Below are positions 10,801 through 23,300 of a stretch of DNA of 64,000 bases, piece by piece. The notes beneath the pieces were generated by a model, which made no database searches, had not been told where the DNA came from, and saw only the letters and a program-made list of their open reading frames with translations. This DNA comes from Haliotis rubra (lineage: Eukaryota): NCBI RefSeq assembly GCF_003918875.1, contig NW_025765891.1, forward strand, positions 62,001-126,000. The letters are read 5' to 3'. Positions within the stretch are counted from its first letter, which is position 1; each line of letters opens with the position of its first letter. A program made the position numbers and the translations under genes.

Positions 10801-13800
10801 TCCGGGAGGTAGGGTGAGACGAAGACCGTGTCCAATCTCCAAAAACAACCCTCCATGATGCCGTGAAGGGAACAGTTCTATGTAGCGCCATCGTAGAGGT
10901 CAAGGCTCTTGTCTCATGAGGGTTGGCTGAAGTAGGAGGAGGAAGGTCAGCATAGGCGTAGACATGAAGGATGGTAGATCGCATCCAGAATGCCAGTGTG
11001 GTACGAGAGACTTCTGTAGATGAGGCAGGCGACAGAGAAATAAACAGTCTCTTGCGTAACCTACGACGGAGCTTGGAGGCAGCTAATAGACCCATAAAGT
11101 CCGGACAGGACATAGGGAGAGATCCTCGGTGTCGTCAGGGCCCAGAATAGTAGACAGCGGCAGGAAGGCGAATAGTCTGTCCGGCTGTCCAGGCAACTGG
11201 TTTCAGTGATGAGATCCCACCTCAAACCAGGGAGGACTTTGGACCGGGTGACATCCAGTGCGTGAAGCTCGGAGATGCAGGCAGCAGTCGCAAGAGCCAG
11301 GAGCAAAAAAGTCTTAAACGTGACATGCTTGAAATCCTTCTCTGCCAGAGGTTCATACTCCTCTGATGTGAGATGATTAAGAACCACGGAAAGGTCCGAG
11401 ATTGATCAGCAACTTTGTAAGATCTGAGGAGAGACTGGAGCTCAGGGACACTTGACACCTTCGCACCCGTAGCCGGCGCAATAACTGTGTTACGCATGGC
11501 CAGGTATGTAGACAAGGTAGAACCCTTCAATTCCTTGGAAGTTCTAGGATGCTGGAGGTACTCCGCGACCATCTGCGGCGATGCTGTAGTGGGAGTTATA
11601 ATACCCATCGTCTTGCAGTACGCTTCAAAATTCTTCCATAGTCATCACAGAGTGGCCTGGTAGAAGTTCGGTACGCCGTGGTAGCGACTTCGCTTGGAAT
11701 ATCCCAGTTAGCGATTCATGTAAATGCACCGCTTGAAGATATCCCTTGCAGTTAGCGATTCATGTGAAGATGCACCAGGCGTGATCGGGGAAGTGGTTAA
11801 GTGTGGCGGAGACCAATGCAGCTGAAAAGGTGAAGATGAACCAAAAGATCGGCGTGATCGGGAAGTGGTACTGGAAAATTGGTCAGGGGATGGCTAGAGC
11901 GTCATGTTCCCAGGCCAAAGGATCCGGGATCAGGGACACTAATATTGGAAGCTGGTGATGGAAGCGGGTAGCAAACAGATCCACTGTCGGGTTAGACATC
12001 GGAAGGCACAAAGTCTGGAACACCTGCAGATGCAGTTTCCACTCCATCGGGTATGGTCGAACCAGACGGGACAAAGAATCTGCAATGGCGTACTTCACCC
12101 CTGGGATGTGATTGGCCTGGACCGTGATGTTGAGAGAGTCCACTAAGTGGGAAAACTGTTGTGTCCACTGAAGAAGCTGAGGAGATCCCGTGGATCCCAT
12201 TTGATTGATGTGCCACACGACTATTGATGTGACATGCGCGGTCTGCGGGAGACCACATCCCTGCCACCTGCTGATCGAGAAAGTGAGCTCCCCACCCGTG
12301 TAGAGAGGCGTCTACGTACAGGTGATGTACTGGAGCAAACGGCCTTAAAGAGACTTCGCTGCAAACATTCAACACATCCAAACACCACTGGAGATGGGGA
12401 TGGAGCACTGGAGAAAGAAAGATCAAAGCGTGAGGGTCGCCGATCCTGATGTGCGGACACAGAAAATATTAGAGAGGCCGTAGTTGAAAGCTTTCCCCTC
12501 AGAGTCACAACTTGAGCTGATGTCAACAGAAAAAGGTCTTGTAACTGACGAAGAATCTTGGGTTGCAAAAGCACTAGGGGTACCATAGAAACTCCAGCGC
12601 AGACATTCAGTTCGTTGAGCCACCACTGAAGGACTGGACAAAGCGGTTCTGGAAGGCGACTTAATTCCTTTGGCCTCGAGATATGGGCGTAGAAATCGCT
12701 GTATCGGCCGAAGTAGGAGATGGCCTCTGTACGTTGGGGCTTGAGCTGATAACTACTCCCACTGACAATCAAATAATGTCTAACTGAGAGAACAACACAC
12801 GTCCACTCGGTGTAGCGACAAGAAAGAGAATGACAGGCACAGAGCGTTACGTGATCATCTGAGCAACCGGCATGCTTATGAGATGATTGACAGGTCGTGC
12901 TATCGGAGTGGGGGCAGAGGTCAGGGGGTAGAGGCCAGAAAGCTTTGATTCAACTTAGCCTACAGCACGTTTCCACACATGGTCGTAGAAGAAGAAGAGA
13001 GGTGCATACCGTGAGATAGGATAAGTTTCAAACTAACAATATCATAACCTACAAAGACAAGCTTTAAGATTGTTTCATGTTTACAGAAAAACGCTATGAC
13101 AGGGGAAGCATATGGGTTGCAGAAAGCATGGGGTGTTATTTCGAATTCCCAAGAGATTTCCTAGCCTCAGACAAGAAGAAAACAAATTTAAAACAAAAAA
13201 AAAACTAACATGGAAATTCATGCCAATGGCTATCTAAAGTAATTTATTAACAAGCATCACTTTGATTTTCCTCACAATCATAAATAGAATCCAGAACAAT
13301 TGTATATCTTAATTATTGCTTACAAAGACTTCAGCATTATGGTCGCCTTGTGTTTGTTACCAGTGTTGTTTCTGGAGAAACCCATTCTAAATGGCTGGTC
13401 ATTGTGGGGAAGTGGGAAATTAGCTCCGTAAAGATTCCAAAGTCATAAGAAGCTAATTACAATTATAATTTACAAGAACAAAATATCATGGGCTGGCCAT
13501 ACAGAGTCGGTACAATCCTCTGGGCTGAGGACTAGAGCTAACTGGCGCTGGGGAGTTTAAACCCTACTGCCTAACATTTTGATGATGATGATTGATGATG
13601 ATATTGAGATTTAACATGCGCAATCCGACATAATGTGTATTTCGTACACAGGCCTGCCAAGCCATTTAGAATTTGAAAGAAAGAGGGGTGATTTAACCGA
13701 AAGATATGCCAACCTGAAGGGGTGTTAGTGTTGCATAACTAAAATTGTATGAATTTTGAATTTCGGGATGGTTTGGTCTATATTTCTTTTCTTGTCCAGT

Positions 13801-16138
13801 GAACTCTGGAGCACCATTCTGTGTTGTTGGTAGTGTACACAGTGTAGGACATGTGCAGACATTTCTGTTTTGTTGCAGTGTGTGCATTTGTCTCTTTGGT
13901 GTTTCTTTTATTTTATATTGATGGGAATTTAATTTTGTGTGACCTGTTTGTAATTTGGTTATTGCCCTGTCAATAGTTTTAGATTTATGGTAGTTTTTTA
14001 GTTTTTTTAGTTAATCCTAACTGAACTGGCACTAATCTTGTTGACACATATACTGGATGCTTGGATGATTATGGTATTACAATAGGCACACCTACATTGG
14101 GCTAAATCTTAATGAGCCTAAATTGAAGTTTCTGGATGATGTTATTCTAATATTATTAAACAGTGCTACTAAACAAACACAGCTTTTGTCTTACTGAAAA
14201 GTGTGTCTAAAAGAAAGTCCTTATTACCTAAGTCTATGATTTATCTAGAAACATCTTTTAACTATGTAGTCGTAACTTATACCTTTTTGAATAGTATGTC
14301 TCTAAGATGAGTTGTAATTACTTTAGACAGTTGTCTTTTTCTAAGCTATTACGGATCATTGTATAACTTATATTCTATATTCACATTTTCCTAATATCTG
14401 AATCCAAATATATCGCTTGTAGTAGTAATAAGTTATAAAGAATTTTTGTATAAATTATTACTTCATGATACAACTCTGACTGAAAAAACACCTTTGTGTG
14501 ACAAGTACTCACACTTCCTGTATAAATGTTGACATTAAAGTTCATTTTCATTCAAGCTGTGAATTAATTTTCAGGCATATAGGAGATACAGCATATTCAG
14601 TTCTGCCATATTTCCTTATTACCATCTTAGCACCAAGCATTGAGATCCCTTGATTAAATCTGATGTTGAGTTCCTTGCACAAATATATCCATTATCTCTT
14701 TACCTCACAAACACATCTTTGCTGACATTTTCTCTAGGATATCAAATACACATGAGGTCTTTGCCAAGGAATAGTGCATACAAGTGTGACATCTCACTTA
14801 CTGAAGTAATCATATATCTGTCATGAGCCTATATGTGACTCACCTTGGGCACCACACATACACATTCTAATTAGAATTTAATCAAAACAGTACAGAATAG
14901 AATTATTTTCAAACAAGTCTACTCATTGCTTTACAAACTCCAACAGACAGGACCCAAAGAGCAAAAACATGTTGAACACATAAAGAAAACTATCAATTAC
15001 AAACGTGAATGGTGACATGTTTTGGTTACATACTCAGTGGCTCAAAAGGTTATCTGGAGCAATGTATGGAACATATTTGTGAAGTGTGTCAATAATCTGA
15101 GTCTGTATATTCCTAATATCTGAATCTAAAAATACTACTTGTTGTAGATCTATAATTAATAATGTATAAAAGTTACTCCATGATACAGCAAAATCTGGAT
15201 GGTATCTTTCATACAAATATCTAGACAATACTTTGATGCATTTTCACCCCTTAAGATGTCCTCCTCAAACATGATTAAGAAGGTACCTTGCTGGTCCCCA
15301 GCTTTATGGATTCCGATTGTCCAATCTTACCCAGACAAATTGATATCTGTTCTTCAACAGGAAATATAAGAAGTGTGAAAGGACATAATGTTTGACAAGT
15401 AATCATGATACACTGATCATACTGCATAACTTCCCATACTTCTTTGGTACCACTGCAGGAGCCTGAACATGGTTGTTGAGTACTGAAAGATTTATGGAGA
15501 CTTAAAGATATACAGCTAACTATTTATCCTCTTTACTGGTAGGCTACATACAAGGTAATGTCTCTAATTTATAACAAAAAAATGTGGTCAAAGGTGATTT
15601 TGGTGTTATCTCTTACTTCCAAACTTTCGACAGAAAATTATATGCCTGTCACAAATATAAAAGAAATATCTTAAGAGCATTTTGGGTGAGTATCAATCAG
15701 TCAATGTCTTAGAGTTTGAATCAATATTCGAGCTGTATGGAACGTATCTGATTCAATTCAAAGGGTTCTAGTAGTTATTTCCCTCGCCCACTGTACATGA
15801 CACGATGTGAGTTGAGCCTAAACCTTTGTCAAATTATTTATCGTCGACAAACGTCACTAAATGGGACATACAGCCAACTTCATCTCTTAATATGGGCCTA
15901 TGATATTGCTTCTTGTTATGGTTGCTATGCAATCTGACAGATCTGCAACCGTCAACATCATTTTGTGTCAATATGTACTCACACTCGAGTGCAAATTCTC
16001 AAAATATTCATCTTCTTCGCGCATATAAAGCCATAGTTTATAAAGACCATATGCTGCAGCAATCGTAGCTGTCCCACCAATAACATATACAGCCGGTTTT
16101 GAAGTCAGCGCGCTTTTCAGTTCTCCACCGACCTCCAT
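4669..16138 (-). CDS. ARL9/ARL10-like Arf-family small GTPase, 232 aa, 4 exons (16138-15983, 9030-8856, 5668-5487, 4854-4669)
   Basis: Exons join in frame with GT-AG boundaries (phases 0,1,0; 699 nt). Motifs: G1 GLDGAGKT, switch I TTIGF, G3 WDVGGS (split across exons 2 and 3), YVVDSSD, G4 ATKQD. The N-terminal hydrophobic segment AVYVIGGTATIAAAYGLYKLWLY replaces a myristoylation Gly2, as in ARL10. Confidence 0.88.
5165..5318 (-). mobile_element. tRNA-derived SINE, family 1
   Basis: Same consensus; TSD-like gatgttgaYaaga. Confidence 0.85.
5487..5668 (-). CDS. ARL-like GTPase exon 3
   Basis: tgcag acceptor; VGGSDMCRTYWKEF...YVVDSSD...IVATKQ; gtagag donor. Confidence 0.92.
6760..7158. mobile_element. 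hAT-like MITE
   Basis: TAGGGATG...CATCTCT termini, repeated cgatac motifs, 8-bp TSD gcgcctag/gcacctag. Confidence 0.75.
7674..7844 (-). mobile_element. tRNA-derived SINE, family 1
   Basis: A box TAGCCTAGTGG, B box GGTTCGAATCC; TSD catatgcttga. Confidence 0.9.
7994..8342. mobile_element. MITE with CAGGGCTCCAGATAA TIRs and 5-bp TSD
   Basis: Reverse homolog of 43671-43991; flanks agatt/agctt. Confidence 0.8.
8856..9030 (-). CDS. ARL-like GTPase exon 2 (P-loop)
   Basis: ttcag acceptor; RVLIIGLDGAGKT...NMWD; gtaag donor. Confidence 0.92.
9061..9574. mobile_element. Non-coding ~510-bp interspersed element with a long 3' hairpin, copy 1
   Basis: Homologous along its whole length to 22530-23038. 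Perfect 56-bp inverted arms at 9411-9466 and 9510-9565. No TSD seen. Confidence 0.8.
10763..11690 (-). pseudogene. DIRS tyrosine recombinase remnant (frameshifted)
   Basis: Overlapping ORF pieces 11222-11608, 11061-11387 and 10763-11113 carry the YR N-terminal domain, box I (Arg position reads Cys) and the HxxR motif. Confidence 0.85.
11883..12426 (-). pseudogene. DIRS RNase H + DAM-methyltransferase-like remnant
   Basis: DASxxGWGAH, GxWS, HIN, HIPG, ADSLSR, EWKL and DLFAT motifs spread over two frames. Confidence 0.85.
15983..16138 (-). CDS. ARL-like GTPase exon 1 (MEVGG...NLHSS, putative membrane anchor)
   Basis: ATG at 16138, 52 codons, followed by GTGAGT donor; phase 0 matches exon 2. 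Confidence 0.75.
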
Positions 16139-16769
16139 GTTGACAACTCTGATGTTATAATTAGAACAGAAACAGGTCATGTGACTTCAATAACAAAATA
16201 ACGCATAGAAATTCACTAATGCTTAATTAGTTCAATTGTAATTTTGTTCAATATTCAACGGCATTTAAGCAGAATATTTTTGTTTCCAAAGACATAATGA
16301 CGCGTATTTACAAAACTGGCTCAACTGACATTGACTTTGCGCCACAAGCTCCTCGCAGCGATAACCCGTTCGATGAGTTTGTGATACTGTTAGCAAGCCT
16401 GGTTTTCGGTGTATGCTGCGCTGACGATTCAGTGGAAACGTGGAAACGGCGTAGCGATTACTAATGTAATTCTGCTTTTGGCACCGAGTGTTTAGCGATT
16501 TAATTCGCCTGAGTGTGTTTGTGTATGATGAAAATTAGATTTTGCTGTTTACATCCTTTGACCTAAAACAGAATCAGCTTTAGAGTTTGTCATTGTTATC
16601 TTCATTGCTATCACGTAATTTCCCGTCATGGGGGTAATATAGATGATTAAATGTCTGATAACACTATGCCCGAGGTCAAAAAGGTGTTTATAGGTCACAG
16701 CACTACCGTTCAACGCTCGTTCTCTGATGTACATGTAATTTCCAAATGGGTTATAATTATCTACCCTGT

Positions 16770-18465
16770 GTTGTCAGTAATATTCATTCAAACTTTTTCA
16801 TGTCGTCTATTGGTGTCAGGCAAGGAGAAAATCTGTCGCCGATTTTGTTTTCATTATTTATTAATGATATAGTAGAAGAACATTCTTCTATTGATGACTT
16901 GGGAGTTGTTATTTCTCATGTACCTTTACTTCTGTTGTTATTTGCGGATGATATGGTGCTCTTTAGCAATAGTGTTAAAGGTTTACAAGACGGTTTGGAT
17001 ATGATGTTTACGAAATGGGGGCTTGACCATAAATACTGAAATAACAAAGGTTTTTATTTTTCGTAAAGGAGGTAGACAAGGCATAGCTGAAAAGTGGTCC
17101 TATAATGGTTCACCTCTTGAGGTAATCAATAGTTTTAAATATCTTGGTTTAGTATTTTCAACAGGTGGCAGTTTTTCACAAGCTCAGAAAATCCTATCAG
17201 AACAAGGTTTGAAGGCACTTGGTTCATTGTACAATATATTCAATGATAATGCGTACATTACTCCAGATATTCAGTATCAGTTATTCCAATCAGTTGTTTT
17301 TCCTATTCTCTCATATGGTTGCGAAGTTTGGGGCTTTATGGAAGCTAATGCTATCGAAAGGGTACACTTGAAATTTATGAAACATATATTATATGTCAAC
17401 TCCATCAACTTTCTTATATGGAGAATTGGGTACATTCCCTTTGAAAGTTAGTCGTCTTGTCAGGATTATCAAATATTGGCTTAAGATTTTGAGAAGTAAA
17501 CCAGATAGATATATAGTTTTGATATACAATTCATTATTGAATAGTTCAAATGAGAACCCTGATGTTGAAAATTGGTCAAGTTCATTGAGAGATACGTTCT
17601 TCGGGTTTGGTTTTGGTTATATTTGGGTTGCCCAATATGTTCCTGAAAGTTGTGATTTTGTGAGAGAATTTACACAAAGGGCTAAGGACATTTATTCTCA
17701 AATGTGGAAACATCAGTTATCAACTCTGAGTGAAACTAGATTGTATATTCATATTAAGGAAACTCTGTGCATCGAGAAATATTTAACTAATATTGATGTT
17801 AAGAAGTACCGAATTGCGTTTACACGTTTCCGACTCAGTTCACATATGCTTATGATTGAAAAAGGACTGACTGACTGAGTTTGGTTTTACGCCGCTTTTA
17901 GCAATATTCCAGCAATATCACGGCGGGGGGACACCAGAAATGGGCTTCACTCATTGTACCCATGTGGGGATTCGAACCCGGGTCTTCGGCGTGACGAGCC
18001 AACGCTTTAACCACTAGACTACCCCACCGCCCTTGAAAAAGGAAGATGGAGTGTGCCTAAAATCCCACTTGCTGATAGCTTATGTCCCTTTTGTACTAAC
18101 GAAATAGAAGATGAGTACCACGTACTCTTGATTTGTCCAAAATATCGAGAAATACGTTAACAGCATTTAAGTAATACTTTATTGGAAAATATAAGTATGT
18201 TTCAGTTTATCAAATTGTTAAAATGTGAAAACAGTTCTGAAATATTGAAAGCTGCAAAGTGTATTTATTATATCTTAAATGAAAGAAACAAAATTGAATT
18301 TTGTAAATCGTTCACACATATCCTCACTATTGGGCAATAATGATAATAACAATATGTTTGCTCTCTATATACGTACCTCGCCATGTGCACAGCATATTCA
18401 GTATATTTATATTGTATTGGTCTTTGACCTAATAAAAATCTTGTCTTGTCTTGTCTTGTCTTGTC
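16770..18465 (+). mobile_element. 5'-truncated non-LTR retrotransposon (RTE-X/CR1-like), frameshifted, with a nested SINE
   Basis: RT motifs GVRQGENLSPILFSLFIND, LLFADD and FKYLG; C-terminal RFRLSSHML.IEKGRW and CPFC..EIEDEYH...CPKY; ends AATAAA + (TCTTG)n. Confidence 0.88.
17867..18032 (-). mobile_element. tRNA-derived SINE, family 1, nested in a LINE
   Basis: TSD ttgaaaaagga interrupts the LINE IEKG|RW codons. Confidence 0.92.
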
Positions 18466-18897
18466 AAAGATTACTACACAAAGAATTAAGAAGCTTATAA
18501 AATAGCCATAATGTTGCGTCACAGAGTTGATTTTAATTACAGTTTTAGCCGATGGTCAAACGCCGGTGCAAACAGCGCCCAGTTACAGTATTTATGATTA
18601 CGATAAGCTTCTGTGAACGCTACGTTTGTTCAGCGGCTATATGAACGAGATATATTTGACCTGTGGCTTGCAAATATAAGAATTTCCCTTGTGGCCACTA
18701 ATTTTTCAAAAATGTTTTTAACGTATCAAGGGAGTTCATTGCCTTGTTACAAGAACCCAGTTTATGAAAAACATACACTTTGTAATGCCACTGGCCAAGT
18801 GTAACACTTAGAATATATATCTGGGATTACACAAACTGCATTACCTTAGTAGAATTAGAGATCGAACTCAAAACACTTTTCTGTTGACCAAGTGTCA

Positions 18898-19024
18898 TAA
18901 CTGGTCTCCGTCTCTTAATGTAATGGTAAGAAAGCGCAGAGAGATTTGGGAACCAGCTGAAACTAATGTTAGCGTGGTTCCCAGCTCTGCGCTTTAACGT
19001 TATTTAAGAGGCGGAGCCAAGCTA
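18898..19024. repeat. ~125-bp imperfect palindrome (MITE-like)
   Basis: ctccgtctcttaa/ttaagaggcggag, aaagcgcagag/ctctgcgcttt, tgggaacca/tggttccca. Confidence 0.65.
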
Positions 19025-20388
19025 AAGTCATTCCATCAGAGAATTACAGGCACTTATGTTCTAATGCGCAACCGCTGAGCGAACGCCTTCAGTGTGTCCC
19101 CCATAATCCGGCATACAGCCATTTTGGTGAGAGTAGTGATAATTTTCCTTTCTAATAGTCTTATACAGTGGTACACAAACTAACCACGATAAGTTCGATC
19201 TACACAATACTCGTATGCCATTGTCAACATGATCGACTCATTTTCGCGAATAATGGCAGTGGCACTAATCTTCTTTAGTGTCAAATTGTAACCTAGATAA
19301 ACATATGCTTCATTGACTCATGAATCCTTTGGACTCAGGGGATACATGATCATGAGATACCAAACAAATATGCTTATTTTATTAGGTACAGCTTCGAGTT
19401 CCCTTGGTCTGACGTGAAGGATGTTCGATAACACCGGAACTGACACAGGGCGAGGGGCTTAAATCTGAATATCTCTGATTCTCTGCCAAATGCAAGAAAA
19501 TAAAAATGTATGTCCCTTTTCATGGATTCCAAATATGGAGTGTCTGTTGAACAGCATAGTAAACCTTTCGACTGCAACCCCTATTTTAAAGTTTTTGCTG
19601 ACAAAGTCTCAACCCAACTGAACCCTCTCAGTCATTACCTCAAAAGTCGAATTCTGACAACTGACAACTGTTAGTCTAGACTAGTCTCTGAAATGAACAT
19701 ATTTTACTGAAAAAAGTTCATAGTGAAAAAAAAAAAATATAATGAAAAGGAGCCCTGAGACTTTCTTCATTTCCTGAAGCTGAGGAAATCTAGACTTGCC
19801 ACATTTTCTAGACTTGTGTGGGCTTTCTTGGATATATTTGCTTCAGGGTGTGTACGACAGACTAAGTCCAGACCACTTATCTGTGTTCCTCCCGACAACT
19901 GTATATTAGGCACAGTGGAGATCCAAATGGATTTTATGTGTGTTCAGACCTTAGTCTGTTTTTGGTACAGGAAAACCAAACAGACAGCATGAAACTGCAC
20001 TTCCAGCTTTGCAACACAGACTGCATTTATGAGTGTAATTCAGGTCATTTGTAAAGATAATGTCATACTTAGTAGGTCGATCTACAAAGAATAGTTTTGT
20101 GCACTCACTGCACGAATTAGGTTTTTCCTGTACGTGTCTCTACCATGGAGCCTACTGAATGCATATTTCTGTATAATAATACTGTCCTTTTTCTGTCTGA
20201 TAAATTTCAGAGAGTTGAAACCACATGAATCTCATATGTGTTCGTCATTTTGCAGCGTTTAGCTCTCCAACTGCAATCACAAACAGAAGCAGGCAAATGA
20301 CAAAGAGAATATGGTCAGCAATATATTCCGGAGACTGTAGATTGATGGGGTCAGGGGGAGTACCTACTGACACACACAGACATAGCCA

Positions 20389-23300
20389 ATGACAATGAGT
20401 AACAACAGGTGCTTGCCTCCTGGTGACCAATCAGCTGGGAGCGTTTTCAACATTTGTCGGGGAAGGGATCGGTACAGCCAGTTCGAGGATGATGATATCC
20501 TGGATCACACTCCTCCACCACTTGACTTCCCAACACCAATCAAGTTTGAGCCAAGAAAAAGCAAATTTCATTTTCTGCTAGAGAAAGAAGACCGAAAAGG
20601 TATGTGATACATGTCACTACATATGCTTGTTCATGATTTGGAATCAGACAAAGCTGTTTGAGCAAATGCACCTGGAGCATCTGCACCGATAGAAATGAAA
20701 TAATAGATACCAAGGATATATCTAGACCTGCACAGGGGCTGATATTTGGCACTAAGTCTGCAGCAGATGACAATACAAATTCCCAGTTTGAGCTAATTAT
20801 TTCTCATGTCTTCTGTATTACAAAATATCATTATTTATAAATGAAAAAACAAACATATTTGGAACTTCTTAAATGTGATTCCACCACTGACATCTCTGGG
20901 ACAGGTTCTGTTTTCCCATTACTGGTATATTGCTGTTATAGGACTGCACGCTATTACCCGTATGCCCGTATATTGCAATATGCTTTTCAAACGATACCTA
21001 TTGCAGTATCTTTTCTGAGAACTGGTATATTGGGTAGAGAACATACATGAAGTTTTTGTGATTATCTTTTGGTTTATATTAAAATCTACACAGACTTTCA
21101 TTCACAACAAATGTTTTCCTTCGTTATTCAATGACAGAACAGCTTACTGTAATCATGGTAATGCAATAAATTGTATAAAAAGGAAATAGAACCCATGACT
21201 GTGCAATGTAAGGTGTTAAATCATGCAACTCTCCTTAATACAATTCATTTCTTCATGTGCACTGTCAGCACAGATTCCTAATTCAATGTCTAGAGGTGTG
21301 ACGATACAGAAATTTTATGATACGATACGTATCACGATATCATAGAACGATACGATTCGATACGATGCATATTACGATATGCTATCTTTAGTTATTTTCT
21401 TTAAAAAAGTGTATTTTGATAACAAGAAACAGTGTAAATTTTGACATAACCGTCAATTTCTGGTGAAAATTCACAATTTAAAGGTCAACGATACATATCA
21501 CCATACGGAAAAAAGTATCGATATATTTATTGTCAGAAAAAGTATCACGATTATCGATACTACGATATATCGTCACAACTCTATCAATGTCTGTCGTCAA
21601 CATCTATAAACACTGGTTGAAATGTTGTTCTCTGGATGCCATCTCCCACAATACCTCAGTGATTTCCTCTGCAAATATTCTTTTGACATCTTCTTTGAGT
21701 ATCATTTTAGAAGTTGGGAAGTACAACATTGAAAAAACTTTATGGATAACAACTTTTATTTCGCAAGTGCGACATTTCGATACAGATTTTTGTGCTATTG
21801 TCAAGCGGGAATGTTCAGTATTCTTTTGACATCTTTCAGCTTTTCACAAGATTATTTTTAATGGCTACATATTGTTATGTGTTCCCAAATAAGTTGAGTT
21901 GGGTTCAGATCCAGTGATATGGCAGGAGACTTTTGACCACATGGACTTCATATTTTAACTGACTGTCAATCTGATAAGCTGGAGGAGGTGGTTTTGAACA
22001 TTCTGAAAGGATGATCTGGTGCAACTCTGGGTTAGTAGCTAACTTGGATATTCTACACCATGATCACTGAGCCAGGCAACCCTGTCACCTGTCCTTGATG
22101 AAGATGATGGGCAACTATTGTATGGGGCATTGTCCATACCAACAGATTTGTGAGACAATTCTGAGATCAGCTCTCCGTAACATTACATGATTACAGCAGA
22201 GTTTATCTCTGAAGAGTAGCTACGCCCGGCCTGCTACGCCCATCAGCTTATTTCAATCTGAATACCTGATCATCATCATTGATGATACAAAATGTTATTA
22301 TTATGCTAAAACTTTATTTTCACTGTGCACTATGTCTGAGATACTAAAGTTTGTAACATGCAAATGCCAACCTGCTGTATCATCTGTATATGGGCCGGAG
22401 GTCACACATGCGGAATAAACAATTGAATTGAATACCTTATCACAACCAGAAATAACAACCAGGCAGAAATAATAGATGTTATCCTCATGCAGTGTAATTA
22501 GTCTCCTTTCTCAGTGGGTGTCTTATAACATTGTAAACCAAAAGTCACTGTGTTCTTTAATCTGATTGGTTGAAAAACGTGATCAAATGGTATTCGATTC
22601 CTGGAAATTCGCTGCGTATTAATACATACAAACATCGCTCACACCATTGTATTGTTACGTCGTCAGCTGTGAATACGCCATTAAAATCATATTGTGACGT
22701 AAAGTCCAAATGAAAATGACGTCACAAATGAGCAGTTCCAGATGCTACCATCGGAGACAGCCGAAACGGCCGTCTGATGACATTTCACTGCCGTACCCGT
22801 ACTCAATGTCAATGAGTGCAGACACAAAAACGTGTGTGGACCTTTTGTTTTACTTTTGTGTTTACAATGTCGATAGTCATCATGTGTTGGCCAATTTCCG
22901 GGTGTTATTGAGTATTTGAAGCACAGGAATATTTCATTTGAAACCTCCGGCTGACGCCGTCGGTTCCAAATGAATTCCCGTGCTTCAAATGCTCAACAAC
23001 ACCCGGAAGTTGGCCAACACATGATGTCTATCTCCTAAGTGAATGCCACCATTGAAAGGATGATGTGTGCATTGACCCAGGTTTCACCCAACCGTATGAC
23101 TTTATACCACTATTTCCTTTTTCTGGGATAACCCATATGTAACGTTCTGTCCCTGTTGCCTGACATACAGTCTCCTAGTAGCCTCCATCAAGGAAACATG
23201 ATCTCTGTCATGAAATTACATAACAATGAAGAAAAATGTTTAACATTTTGTCAGTGTTTGTTGGTTTGCTGTTTAAATTGGGGATTACCAACTCTGAAAC

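Larger units (their letters stand above)
9595..13028 (-). mobile_element. DIRS1-type tyrosine-recombinase retrotransposon, internally deleted and non-autonomous, in intron 1 of the ARL gene
   Basis: ~200-bp inverted terminal repeats (9633-9834 and 12826-13026), terminal extension 9595-9632, internal complementary region 9891-9971. Frameshifted remnants of RNase H (YVDASLHGWGAH, HIPG...ADSLSR), DAM methylase-like (VDLFAT) and tyrosine recombinase (LLLALATAACISELHAL, PHETRALTS). Confidence 0.92.
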
